From Elsinoe ampelina (lineage: Eukaryota), in the NCBI GenBank assembly GCA_010093995.1, contig ML992504.1:682001-746000 (forward strand): a stretch of DNA of 64,000 bases. The letters run 5' to 3'. The position numbers were made by a program, and so were the translations under genes. Every line of letters starts with the position of its first letter. Positions within the stretch are counted from its first letter, which is position 1. The notes under the pieces are model-generated. The model had not been told where the DNA came from. It saw only the letters and a list, made by a program, of their open reading frames with translations, and did no database searches. This document shows, piece by piece, positions 52,121 to 64,000 of the stretch.

Positions 52121-53506
52121 ATGGCACATTCGCTCTCGGACATGATCGCTCGTATGGAGGATGAGAACGGGAGGTTCTGGTACGAGTATGAGGGAACCTT
52201 CATCGAAGATATTCGCGCCGTGTATGAGCAGGAGATTCGCCGACTGCAGCGAGCACCTCCTGCGTCAGAAAGAATAAAGAGTGACACTCGTGACGCCACG
52301 TTAACAAAATCACCCTCAAAGATCCTTCTCAACGGAGAGTTCGACGAGGTCAATCGTACTATGGTCAGCTTGCTTGCTGCAAAATGGTTGTGGACGGAGG
52401 ACTATGTCAGCTTTACTCGGAATCAGAAGGAAGCCGTCAAGTTGCCAATGAAAGCCTTCCTAGCACTTGCTCAATGGTTCAGGGCCACCCTCAAGGACCC
52501 CCAGGACCAGCTTCTGTTCGTCACGCTACTGGTTGTTCATGATCTGGGCAAGGATCCGGAGCTGGTCAAGGAACTCAAGGAACTAAAGGCGGAGTCCGAG
52601 GTGCATTCATCCGACAACCATGATCTGCTGGTCCTCAAGGCTGTAGAAAGCGATCTGATCGATGTCGTCAAGAAACTCAACGCTGAAGTCCAGGAAGGGC
52701 TTGTGACCTGTCTACGTACAGGCCCTACGCTCAGCATTGGCCAGCTGGTCCAGGGTGAGAACGTTCCAGCTAGTCTGGCCCCTGTTTTGGAGCTGCAGGG
52801 CAAGGCGTCTCGTTACTTCGACCTCAAGTATTTCGAGCAGGTGCTCGACGTGGCTGGAGCTTCTGGCCATGTTGATCATACCGGCGCTGTAACATACACC
52901 TTGCCCGTCCACATATCCTTCAATGCTGCCTACAAGTCTTTGAGAGGCATCGCTGACGGCAGGTTCACTCTTCGACAAGGCTACGATTTGATCTTGAAAG
53001 ACCGTGGCGACCAGCTTCATGGGAAGGGATTCCAGTCGCTTGATGTCGGCAAAGACCGTGATCGAGCCATCCTGAGACTTCTCTGTATGGGAAGAGTGAC
53101 AGAGCCGGACACAGCCGAATTGTTCTTGAAAGCGTTCAGGTCCCTGACGCCACTCACCCGCAAGCAGTTGACAGACGGTCTGAGTGTGGATGGAATCGAT
53201 GATGGAGAAGCCATTATTCCCTACTATATGCCAACCCTCTTTTTGGCCGCCTTGAAGGTCGAGCAGGGCCTTCCCGAAGAGAGGTTGAAGAAGTACGACC
53301 CTGGAGAGAAGGTGACAATAGCGCTTGCAAGTCTCATGCGCTTTCTCGCCCAGGCCTTCGATGGCGCATTTCCAAGACCGGGGCAGAAGGGTGGCGTCAA
53401 AGAGAAGGATATGCTCTTTGCCAAGGTCATCATCGACGGTGAGGCTTTCAAGAGCGATCCCGGAATACTCGACCTGCTGGGCTTTCCCGAGGTGTCTTTG
53501 GTTTAG
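52121..53506 (+). CDS. Hypothetical protein with HD-like metal-binding motifs (461 aa)
   Basis: Intronless ORF with EFDE, VVHDLGK, NHD, QGEN and LDVAGA motifs. Confidence 0.85.
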   Translation: MAHSLSDMIARMEDENGRFWYEYEGTFIEDIRAVYEQEIRRLQRAPPASERIKSDTRDATLTKSPSKILLNGEFDEVNRTMVSLLAAKWLWTEDYVSFTRNQKEAVKLPMKAFLALAQWFRATLKDPQDQLLFVTLLVVHDLGKDPELVKELKELKAESEVHSSDNHDLLVLKAVESDLIDVVKKLNAEVQEGLVTCLRTGPTLSIGQLVQGENVPASLAPVLELQGKASRYFDLKYFEQVLDVAGASGHVDHTGAVTYTLPVHISFNAAYKSLRGIADGRFTLRQGYDLILKDRGDQLHGKGFQSLDVGKDRDRAILRLLCMGRVTEPDTAELFLKAFRSLTPLTRKQLTDGLSVDGIDDGEAIIPYYMPTLFLAALKVEQGLPEERLKKYDPGEKVTIALASLMRFLAQAFDGAFPRPGQKGGVKEKDMLFAKVIIDGEAFKSDPGILDLLGFPEVSLV

Positions 53507-53807
53507 TTGATCTGCTGGCATGATTGCGATGCGACGAGCATTCCTATGATTGATGAGTATGAACATTACACTGTCACATTAGTATGGATGATGAGGAAAG
53601 CATTGAGTTCCCATTCTGTCAAGCAAGTTCTGCTCCCATGCTTTTCAAATCGATACTCGGCCATGCAAGCCTCATACAAGGGGCTGCTGACCCATCCTTC
53701 CGCCCACCAGTACTGACAGCAACGTCTGGGAGGTCGCTCAAATTGCGCTTGATTCTGATGTACACTGTTTCTGATCTTCTTCGCCCATGCCTCCGATTGC
53801 TCTCCGT

Positions 53808-54311
53808 CTACCTCAACACACCGAGCCCACCCCTTGATGGCGCAGCCGCCCGCTTGAAGTTCTGTACCTCGTCAGTCTTCATCATCATGCCCATATGCAC
53901 CCATCACGTACGCTATCGCACTCCTCCCACGCGCGTCCGGCTCCGAACCCGAAGCCAACAAACGCCGGCCACGCCCTCCTCTTGAACAAAAGCACTGAAA
54001 AGATCACGCCGAAGGATGCGCCGAGGGTCGATCGAATGAGGAGAGTGCTGAGGCAGTGGTCCCACTACAATCCCTTGTCAGTTCCCGCTCCTTCATGTTC
54101 GTTCCCGCAATGCATAGGCTGGTCCCAGCCGGTTCTTCATTTCCCAAGGGCCTGAATGGCAATGCCCTATGCAGTGCTCCAGCTGGATTGATAGCTGCCC
54201 CTCGGTATATCTCAAGCTTACCTTCTCATTCAGTAGACCTTCGCTCAGTGGGCGACTGGATCTCGGGACAACGGTAGAGGTCGGAGGAGGAGTTCCTTTC
54301 GAGTCGGCCAT
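53808..54311 (-). CDS. MIC10: MICOS complex subunit Mic10
   Basis: Spliced product ..LLNEK/WDHCLSTLLIRSTLGASFGVIFSVLLFKRRAWPAFVGFGFGAGRAWEECDS/NFKR.. with GxGxGxG motif. Introns 54065-54221 and ~53862-53911. Confidence 0.93.
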
Positions 54312-54703
54312 TGTTGTGGCGTCTGGGCTTCCCGGCGACTCAATTGGGTAGAATCAGCGGCGAGTAGTGTCCAAGCAATAGGATCGATCGCGACTGAGCT
54401 TTGGAAGGGGTTGGAGAGAGCTGTTGACGTTGTCGCAACGGGTGAAGACGGAAACTTCGTAGCTACGACTTGACGTCGGGATCACGGGCCGCCGCTTCCG
54501 GTGGTATCAACTTTTTTGATGGCGAGAAATGGTTTCTTCAAATTAATGCATATCACGTAAATCTTCGCCGCAGTATGCCAAATTTCATGGGGCTGCTTTG
54601 GAGGCATCATTCGGTACCATAAGTGTCTGAAGAAGGGATCGCGCCTCGCAGTACGCCGGGACATGGACGTAATACAAGGACTGACATAGCGACTACCAAA
54701 AAC

Positions 54704-57700
54704 ATGCCGGACACAAGACAGCCGAGCCTACCACGGCTTCTGACTCTTGACAAGACTTTCGAGACACTGGAAGATCGCATAGAAGAAGTGAGCAGGATTC
54801 TGGAACTCCAGCTCGACGACATCTCCAAGATCAGATCGACGCCGAGCAGCAATCATGGCAGAGAGGACTGGACCTTTCGTTGGATCTCAGGGCATCTCAA
54901 AAGCGGTCAGAGTGCGAGACTCTCTGCTCGCTCATGGCGACTCGTACGTTGCTTGCTACTGACAGTGCCGAGGGGCGTAGCTACAAGGTGGCTGGCTACT
55001 TCCGGTCTGGCGCAAGTTATACTACAAGCTCTACAGGACGGCAACCCTGTAGACGTTCTTACATCAGCGCCCCCTGGGAGTACGAACGGACTCCAATCCG
55101 AGACTCCAGATGCTTCGGATACAAGCTACTCTGCCTTGAAACTTTCCAAGAAGCGGAAGCGTGGTGATAGAGCTAATGCAGAAGCACTTCCGAGACCGAT
55201 TGGAACAAAGGAGCATGTTCTGGAGATCTGTGAGCTGCTTATTGAAATTCTCAAAGCTACAGACCAATCCTCTGATTCATCGACGGCGGGGCTGGCGGCA
55301 AAGTTGTTTGGGACTATGTCCGCAAATGAAGCAGCCCAATTCTTGAAATGGTGGGCCCGAAATGCGACCTCGTGTCTCGATAGTGTTGCATGCTCGGACC
55401 AAGGACGTGTCTACCGGATCATTGCAGAGACATTCAGCTGCCTTAGCAGAACCTTGCGACGTCGAAAACATGCATTTGTGGCGGATCAATGGAGACTGAA
55501 CCTGGCAGGGGAAGCCTTACTGCCTATGCTAGTTCTATGTCAAAGAGTCCCGCACCCGACATCGAATGGCACAGGAACGGTGGACGGCTTCGGATCGCGA
55601 CAGATACGCAGCTTCCTGGTCGACGAGCTACTTCGACCACTACGAGATGACGCAATTGCAAGCAAGACGCCGGGCAAGACTCCAAGTCTTGAAACGCGCG
55701 GGAATGTCGATAAGTGGATGGATGGCTTGCTTGACGAGGCCGCGGCGACGCTCGCCGGGGCTACACCTTCAACATTGGGGCAAGCGCAACGCACCATTGG
55801 CACTGCCTTCCAATTCCTGTTAGAATGGAGCATGGGTCTGATGTATGCCGCCGGACTTGTCCAAAAGCGCGAACAGATTCGCTGGGCGGAGTCGATCTTT
55901 GCAGGTCTGTCGTCGATACAAGGTCGAGTCGAACTAAGAGGTGGCCGGAATGTCGTCGAAGTCTGCAAGCCTATATTACAGGCCCTTCTCATGCCCTTTC
56001 AGCGCCGTCAGGACTTTGTTCGTTCTTCTGGAGTCAAGGCTGTCCTCGACGAATATGGAGGTCTTGTATCACAGAACGGCCAGTCATCTGACGCTACTCC
56101 CGATTTTGATCTTATCGCCACTGTCGTAGCGGCTGATCGCCACGTCTTTGATGTTGCAAGCACCACAAACGAGACTAGATCTCTTCTGCAAGCCCTTGAT
56201 CGACACTACAAAGACCTGGACGAAACACGACAGGTGAAATGTGTCGTTGACATATTGGTTCCTATCATCAATGCGCACAGACAGTCGCGGGCTGCACCTC
56301 GTCTCCTGGATCTCATCATCGAGACTCTACAGCAATCGCAAGCAGGCAAGCAAAGTCCATGGGTGAATGCTGCCTTCAAGCAAGCCTTAGGTGACCTGGT
56401 CACTTCATCAGTCGATGTCACGCACATCCGTAATCTCCTTGTCACAGCCTCCTTACCGCTGAAGACATTACCGGAAAACGAAGGGGATCATCATTTTACT
56501 AAGACGCTTCCCGCGCTCAGCACGTTCGTGCAAGTCATCAGGGGCGATGATCAGATCGATCAGCTTCGGTCGGAATTTGCGACCATCGTGTCATTACTAG
56601 ACGGGGTTGCTAAATCAAGATCGTCGCTCAAAAGTGTGGTGAAGGACGACGCTTTCTGGACTTTGCTCCATGATCTGAATGCTTGTCTCGCACCGAGCCC
56701 GGGTCACGATGCCACAGGATTGCTGGAGGCACAGAGTGAGTGTCGTTCAGTTGCGAAGGGCCTGGAGAAGAAACTTGTCAAAGAGAAGCTCTCGGACGAA
56801 ACAGCTGAGGTGGTTACCAACTACTCATTTCAAGTATGTGAGCTCGAAGCCTGTCTTCCGACGAGCAAGGCATCGGCGTCCATCACGACGCCAGCTTTCC
56901 TGCAGGACAACGCCATTAAGAGGTATACACTTGCTATCGCAAGATCGCTAGTGACACACCCCTCAATTTGGCTCTCGGTCGATTCTACTATTCACCGCTT
57001 GATCCTACAAACGCTGTCAGGCGGCAAGATACCAGAACACAACAAGGTGTATCTGCAGCTGTACAAAATATTATCCCAAACCGCTGACAGAGACTCGCAC
57101 GGTGTTCTTGTGGATCTTGTGGACGGCGATAACAGAGACCTGAAATTCGATGTCCTAGCTAATACAGTGTCGAATGATCATTTGGACAAGTCGACGAAAG
57201 CAAAGATACAAGTCTTCTTGGAAGGTCAAGCAGCTCAGCAAGGCTCAAACATCTCAGATTTGCAAAACACAAGTCAAAGGAGAGATGCTCTCCGACTTCT
57301 GGCGCTGCTGAGAAAGTATGCACCGGCCTCAAGCATGCTTGAGCAAATACACGCCGCCGGATCGACAGGAAGCGAGAACTCAGCAGCCATTCAAACTGCA
57401 CCAGCACTTGCGGCCTTGACTAGTGTAGGATATGACCCTGACGAAATGCTGAAGCTGCTGTTAGCAAAGAGCACCGTCTTCGAGCAAGGTATAGCCGTAC
57501 CACACAACGAAACATACCTCGGACTGACAAATGATGACAGATATCGACGCTGCAACGCATGAGAAGTTGCTCGTGCGGCTGTCCGAGGTAGTTGAAAGCT
57601 GGAGTGGCGTGGAGAAAGTACAATTCGCTCATTCTGCTCTCGATGGTGTGGACGAGGAGCCGAGAGTGAATTTACTCATCGGTGTCGACGTCGTTCTGGC

Positions 57701-58618
57701 CAAACTTCAAAGTTCGTGGTCCTAGATTTCAAGCCGTATTTCATATCTGACATCGCACAGAATCCGAGCTGGATGAAGAAATGGTCTCGAGCGAGGCTCG
57801 TCGATTGGTGATGCGTATGGCACAAGCCTTACAGACATGTAGTGACATTCGTGTCTGTCATGCCCTGCTGCGAACGATCGCGGGCTGTTTGAAGGACAAG
57901 GTATGTAGAAGGCTCATAGTCTTCCTCTAACCGGCTGACATGATACAAGCGATTCTTGATGAACCAGTTCAATATCGAGAATACTCTGCAAGCAGTCCAC
58001 AGGCTCTGCACTTCAGCCACGGCGATTTCTGCAGCGTCAGGATCCTCTTCGCTGTATCTCGAGCTCTGCACCACCATGCAGCTCGTCCTGCAGCTGTACC
58101 GATCATCGCTCGGCGGACGACTTCATCTTCTATTGCCTTTGCTGATCCAGCTGCTATCCTGTCTGTTCGTCTCCATCAACAATCGATCTAGCAGAAGCAT
58201 TTTCCACCACCCCTCATGGCTTCACTCATCAAAGCCACTGGGTCCGAAACATGCCGCTCGATTCACTCGCTTGGTCACACTTCTCTGCAATCCTCCACAG
58301 TCTACCATATCAGGATACCGCTCTCGCTCACACAAGCCGGGCCTGGTCGACGAGCTTCGAGAGGCTCGTTTGCACGTTAGTGAACTCGCTGGAATGATCA
58401 TGCATTCGTTCTGTCGCTTCCTGCTGAATGGCACGCTGCAGGATGGCGTTAAGGAGGCATTGAACCCTGCATTGTACGCTGTCTTCGACGTGCTTGATAT
58501 GGCGGCGCCAGACGACGAGAGGGTGAAGGCGCTCGGTGCAAGCATGACCAAGGCAGAACTGGCGCTGCTACGACGGGAGCACGGAGAGTGGAAGCGATTT
58601 GGGAGGTGGCAGGGTTGA
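54704..58618 (+). CDS. URB2: Urb2/Npa2 nucleolar pre-60S ribosome biogenesis factor
   Basis: ~1200-aa helical protein. C-terminal LNPALYAVFDV....LLRREHGEWKRFGRWQG matches my recollection of the Urb2 C-terminus. Introns ~57489-57540, ~57712-57760, ~57901-57949. A CTGAC..TAG at ~54681-54689 suggests a further upstream exon, so the start is uncertain. Confidence 0.82.
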
Positions 58619-58738
58619 TAACCTTCCCAGCATGTCTTGTGCAGTTTCAATGTAAGACTCTCATCATACCATCATGTAGTTATACAATATACCCCGAGCC
58701 GTCGCTATGCCTACAAACACTCTTGCCCTCTAGCTTAC

Positions 58739-61103
58739 TCAGGTCGAAATGGTGACCCTTCCCCTTGCCACGTTCACGACCGTCGTGATATTCATACAAA
58801 CAATGCAGAGCCATATCGTGATCGCCACTGCCGTCGTGCACCAATGATTGCGGAACTGCACCGTCTTGACCTGCGACCGATCATCGTCCATCCACGGTGC
58901 AATCGCCACCTCCTCTGGGGGCATCGCCTCCTTCTGCGTGCCGCCCGCCTTCTGTGCTCCCGCCTCTCTCTGTGCTCCTGCCTGCTCTTCCCCAGTCGCC
59001 ACCCTGCCCTCCTCCTCTAATTCCACAGCCTCACCCAGCACTCCCAACCCAACAGGCCTCTCCATAACCTCCACAACACCCACCACCACCCCTTCCTTGC
59101 CTTGCCCGCTGCCCCTCCCCAGCCGAATCCCGCTCCCCCTCCTCAACCCACCCTTCCCCCCACCCCCCACCTCCGCTTTTCCCTCCTCCTCCTCCTCCCC
59201 ACCCCCATCCAACACCCTCTCCCCATTCGGCCCCACCTTCACCCCGCAATACGCCGCTCTCCCCGTAAACCACACCAACGGCCCAATCACCGCGGGCAAA
59301 CAAAAGCACAACACGACCTGACTCGCCTCCAACGCCCGACTCAACCCCTCCTCCCCCACGGCAGCCGCAATCACGATCGCGGGCGCCACGGTGATCATCC
59401 TCGTGACCAGTCTGCGCACCCACGGCTGCACCCTCCACGACAACTGCGCCTCACACACCATCTGGCCCGCAATGGTACAGACGATGCCCGCCGCGGTGCC
59501 GGAGAGGAGGAGGGAGATGGCGAACAGCGTGCCCGCGGACGGGGCGAGGCGGGCGGAGAGGAGATTGTGGATGTGGAACAGCGAAGGGTCGTCGGGGTCA
59601 TTGTCGGGCAGGAAGGGGCTGTCTACGTCGCCGTCGTTGTTGAAGAGGGTGGAGCCCGCGATGACGAGCACGGCCGAGTTGACGAAGAGGGCGAAGGTGG
59701 CGAGGGAGATTGTGATTTCGGTGATGGAGACGCGGAGGCAGTGGCGGATGGCGGAGAGGGAGGGGGCGTAGTGTTTGGGACAGGGGTGGAGGGGGGCGAG
59801 GATGGGTGGGAGGGAGAAGGTGGAGAAGGTGGAGAGGGTGGAGGGGTCGTCGGTGGTGTTGGAGCGGGTGTGGCGGGGTTTGTGCTCGCGTTTGTGGAGG
59901 GGGTTGGAGAGGGGGTTGAGGGTTGTTGAGGTGCGGACTTTGTTGTGGCGTTTGTCGTATTGGAGCATGCGTGGTTGGCAGGTGCCGGAGCCGAGGTAGA
60001 GGGAGTGTGGCATGACGGTCGTACCCATGATGCCGCAGGATTGGTAGATGCTATCGTCGGTCAGTGGTGCGAGACGAAGGGGCTGGAGGTCTTGCTCACG
60101 CCTCGGATCGGAAGAGAGTCTTGGAAGGGAAGTAGCCTTTGAAGACGTCCGCAACGGGCGTGCCCTTCAGCAGAGAGAGTTGGATACAAAAGCACATGGC
60201 CACGACGAGGACGGCAAGGAAGACGGAGAACTCAAAGGCTCGGAGGCCTTTGATGGAGCCTTGTGGTCGATATAAGAAGAGTATTACCAGTACGTCCAGG
60301 ATCGAAACGGCACAGCCGGCCAAGATGGGCAGCTTGAACAGTAGGTTGAGCGCAATGGCTGTACCTATGACTTCTCCAAAGTCGTTGGCGATGATGGCGA
60401 CCTCGGCGACAAGGTACAGGATTGCACTCAACCACCACGGAGTATGCAGCTTTATCATCTGTGCGAGGTTGAGTCCGGTCACCGATCCAAGCTTGATACT
60501 AAGGCTCTGGAAGAAGATGGCAAATACTGTAGACAAGAAGACGACGTAGAGCAACTTGTATTGGAAGGAGGCGCCAGCCGCGAGGTCGGTACTGTAGCTT
60601 CCCGGGTCCATGTACGAGACAGTGATGAGCATTCCAGGGCCGATAAGTCGTGCATATTTGATGGAGGCATCCTTGATCGTTTCTATTCGTTTCTTCGCAG
60701 TTGATTCTCCATTCCGTTGGCCGAGTTCAGCATGCTGCCCTCTCATCAAGGGATCTGCTGGAGGGCTTCCGGCAGAGTGTGGATCTGACTCTGTTCGTTC
60801 TGGGTCTTCGTCATCATCGAGGCCATCAAAAACTGATAGATGGTTGGTGACGGCCAGTCCGCGAGTAAGTGAATTGGAGTCTGATGCCTTGCGCGTCATC
60901 GCTGGCTTGTTGCTGGAGACACTAGATCGTTTGTTCCATAGGGAGAAGCTACTTTGTCTGATCATGCTCGTCGCCCTGCTTCTGTTCGTCTGTACTTGAG
61001 CCAAGTCCGGGAATGGGACCGCGTCGTCTTCACTGCCAGGCTGGGGAGTTGCGCCGTCCCCATGGCCTTTGGCGGGCTCACTCATGCTGTTCTCCGCCAC
61101 CAC
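58739..61103 (-). CDS. Nramp/SMF-family divalent metal transporter
   Basis: GPGMLITVSYMDPGSYSTD, QSLSIKLG, EVIGTAIAL, intron ~60051-60099, GTTVMPHSLYLGS, CTIAGQMVCE, SQVVL. Confidence 0.95.
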
Positions 61104-61701
61104 GTGGCTGGCGCGATACTGCGACGATTAGTACTGTCCGTGGCAGATCATGTTTACGGGAAGCATCAAAAAGTAGAGTCTAGAGGAACCAATTCTCCAC
61201 ATCACCGGGTGTCGGGCGAACGATGCCAGAGTCTCACCACCAACCGTTTGTGCTTTGTCGAATGCCTTTACAGTATCCAACGGTGTCGCAGAACGTTGCA
61301 AATCCAACCATAAGGAGCAGCCGTTGGGCATTCGGAAAGTGACCATCGAACATGCTATACGAGCTTGTGGAATCAATAGAAGCTTTCAATATTGTTGTCT
61401 TGCGGAAAACCTCGTTGGTATCCGAACGATATCGGTGAGGGGATGGAAGGAGGAAAGAAACACCTCAAAGTCCTATACCGCACCGAAAAGCCGCTTCACA
61501 ACATCGCCTGGTCCGTCCTCATCACGCAACATCAATCTGTTACGGCCGTTCAAGGTCACATGAGCTTGTTGACAACCACAACTTGCTGACTCCGCGGTCT
61601 AGTCCAGCACCACCATCTCGCTATCAACGTCTTCTGTGCTTCATATCCTCATGTCGCCGCCTTGAACATACGCCCGGCTCGATCTTGACTCCCGCCAACG
61701 A

Positions 61702-62827
61702 CTACAGCCTTCCTACGGATCGCCATGTAACGTGCGGATCAAAACCCGACACGGTCTTGGGCAAGTACGGCTCCTCCAGGTAATTGGCATCCTCGTCGCT
61801 GAGCTCAAAGTTGGAGCTCTTGACAGCCTCATCAACCCTCTCTTTACTGCTGAGCCCAATGATGGGAATATCCCCCTTCTTGATCGACCACGCCGTGGCA
61901 ATCGTCGCCATCTTAACCCCATGCTTCTTCGCCACCTCCTCCACCCTCCCCACAATCAGCTTATCAACCTCATTCTCCTTCCCCCGTATCACATTGATCA
62001 GCGTCTTGTCCGACTTCTCCCTCGCCGTATCCCTCTCCCCCCAAGGCCTACTCAAGACCCCCCTGGCCAACGGGGACCAGGGTATCAACCCCACCCCGGA
62101 AAACTTACAATACGGAATCATCTCCCTCTCCTCCTCCCTGTATATCAAATTATGATAATTCTGCATCGAAACAAACCTACACCACCCATTCCGTTCCGCC
62201 ACATGCTGCAAATGCATAAACTGCCACGTCGTCATCGAGCTCGCCCCGATATACCTCACCCACCCCTTCTCAACAACATCATTCAACGCCTTCATGATCT
62301 CCTCGGCCGAACACCCATGATCCAACCTGTGAATCTGCAACACATCGATATACGTCCCCAACCTCCCCACCGACGCCTCCACCGCATCAAAGACATGCTT
62401 CCGGCTCAACCCCACCCGATTCGCCATCGCCCCGTCGTTAGTCGCCACCGCCCCGATCGGCGTGCCCATGTCCTCCTCCGCGACCCCGAAGTGGCACTTG
62501 CTGAGTATCACCACCCTCTCGCGCGGGATGGCGTATTCCTCCAGCGCGCACCGCACGATGCGCTCGGATTCGCCGTGCGAGTACACGTCCGCCGTGTCCC
62601 ATGTGTTGATGCCCGAGTCGTAGGCGTGTTTTAGGATGGGCAGGGCGGTGGACGAGTCCAGCACCCAGGGCTGCCATTGAGGCGAGCCGAAGGACATGGC
62701 GCCGAGGATGACGCGGGAGACTTTGAGGCCGGAGGAGCCGAGGCTGGGGAGGGGGGGTTAGTGGGGGAGGAGGGAAGGGGAAGGGGGGGGAAACGGACTA
62801 GACGTATTGCATTTTGGGGGCGGTCAT
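61702..62827 (-). CDS. Aldo-keto reductase (aryl-alcohol dehydrogenase-like)
   Basis: MTAPKMQY/ intron ~62746-62805 / LGSSGLKVSRVILGAMSFG, DTADVYS, QIHRLD, YIGASSM, WSPLARG. Confidence 0.95.
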
Positions 62828-63212
62828 GGTGGGCGGATGTTGGTGGTGGGTTGAGAAGGGAAGGGAGGGAATGTTACACGGGTTTGATGTTGGCGGCGAT
62901 GGGGGTTTATATATCGATGTTGCTCCCCGCTTTAGCCGGTCGATGAGGTGGCGGACTCCACACGCTTCTCCGCATTGTATTGGGTCAAGCGTAATTACGG
63001 TGTCATGTCCGGAAGAGCATCTGGGAGTCATGATTTTAGCAGAGATGATGGCGTGGTATCAGTACAGTGTGCACATTTTTGTATGTCTCGTTTCAGATAT
63101 GTACAGTGCCCGGGACTGCCGGACAGCAAAAGCTATAGGGTATCATCGTCAATCATGCGAGCTACAACGAGCCAATATTTGGCCACCTTTCAAGTGCTGC
63201 TACAACGGTCTC

Positions 63213-64000
63213 TCACGTCAACGCGATATGTACAACCGCTACAGCTGCCGCTAGGATGCCAGGCAACTTATCCCCGTGACCACCAGCAGCTCCAGAAGGA
63301 CTAGGAGTACTCGTCGCCGTGAACACCCCTGTCGGCGTACCAGATGTGGTCGTGCTCCGTGCACTCACTTGAGTCTGCACGTCCTCTTCTCTCGCATACC
63401 AGACGCCTTGTCGCACCACTCCTCGGCCTGCCTCGATGGCAGCCGCATCATCAGTGGTACAAGTCGAATCGATAGACCGGATCCAGCAGGTCGGAGAAGG
63501 CTGGGCTGCGAATTGGTTGTTGGTCTTGTTGGCAATGGCAGGACCCTGGGTAGAGTAGTTCGACAGGTTGACCAGGTTTCCAGTAGATATATCTGTGCCG
63601 GCAATGATACGACTGAAGATGGTAAAAGCTGTATCTGGTTGTGAGTATGGTGCAAAATGGGCTGCATCGTAGATTCGCGAGAAAGACAAGTTCCCAAATT
63701 GTCGGACAGCACCACCGATGTATGTGCTGTTCACAACAATGTCGGCGTAGCCACTTGCGGCAAAGGCTGATGCGTAGCTACCAGCTTGGCCGGAAGGCTC
63801 CGGTCGTACGGGCGGTGTTGGCACCGAGATGGCACTTGAAGCAGTCGGATTCGTGCCAGAATTGAAGGCCTCACCGATTAGGCTGGCAAGAGCAAGCGAT
63901 ATGGCTTCGCCTCCAAGCCAGTTGCAGATCCAGTCGGCATCACCATACATGAGTGCCACCCTCACACCTTTGCGCAACAATATGACTAGATCAGCAAGCG
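63213..64000 (-). CDS. Serine carboxypeptidase (S10), C-terminal part, probable GPI anchor
   Basis: YGDADWICNWLGGE, GNLSFSRIYDAAHFAP, Ser/Thr linker and hydrophobic C-terminus. 5' part lies outside the window. Confidence 0.93.
   Translation of the reverse strand, partial: LADLVILLRKGVRVALMYGDADWICNWLGGEAISLALASLIGEAFNSGTNPTASSAISVPTPPVRPEPSGQAGSYASAFAASGYADIVVNSTYIGGAVRQFGNLSFSRIYDAAHFAPYSQPDTAFTIFSRIIAGTDISTGNLVNLSNYSTQGPAIANKTNNQFAAQPSPTCWIRSIDSTCTTDDAAAIEAGRGVVRQGVWYAREEDVQTQVSARSTTTSGTPTGVFTATSTPSPSGAAGGHGDKLPGILAAAVAVVHIALT

Noticed and set aside
54093..54182. Alternative MIC10 exon (LEHCIG resembling WDHCLS)
   Set aside because: Would need a ~39-nt intron, and the similarity ends after four residues with no transmembrane segments.
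59031..62634. Long Pro/Arg/His-rich alternative ORFs over Nramp and AKR (and similarly 5687-6316, 49169-49966, 32466-33356)
   Set aside because: Shadows created by extreme GC skew in real genes.

Overview
Gene-dense, GC-rich filamentous ascomycete chromosome segment (Dothideomycete-like, inferred from short GT-AG introns with CTRAC branch points and RIP). About 24 protein-coding genes can be supported: laccase (partial), a 9-exon secreted Thr-rich protein, Mhp1-like LRR protein, HAD hydrolase, a possible HEIP1/REDIC1-like protein, acetylxylan esterase, PLC1, TAP-like peptidase, ZIP/Yke4, Say1-like hydrolase, bZIP factor, Mnn9, mannitol dehydrogenase, Smr protein, Mic10, Urb2, Nramp, aldo-keto reductase, an S10 carboxypeptidase (partial) and several hypotheticals. 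One full-length, RIP-killed Tc1/IS630-type DNA transposon lies at ~20307-21941. The most unusual observations are: (i) its transposase has DD42E spacing and a Mer3/HFM1-like Cys/His cluster inserted inside the DDE domain; (ii) recurrent sharp C-rich to G-rich strand-skew switches that ignore gene orientation; (iii) an Nramp with DPGS instead of DPGN; (iv) a divergent intronless membrane-protein/HD-like-protein pair. All calls come from manual reading and motif recall. No searches were run and exon boundaries are approximate.
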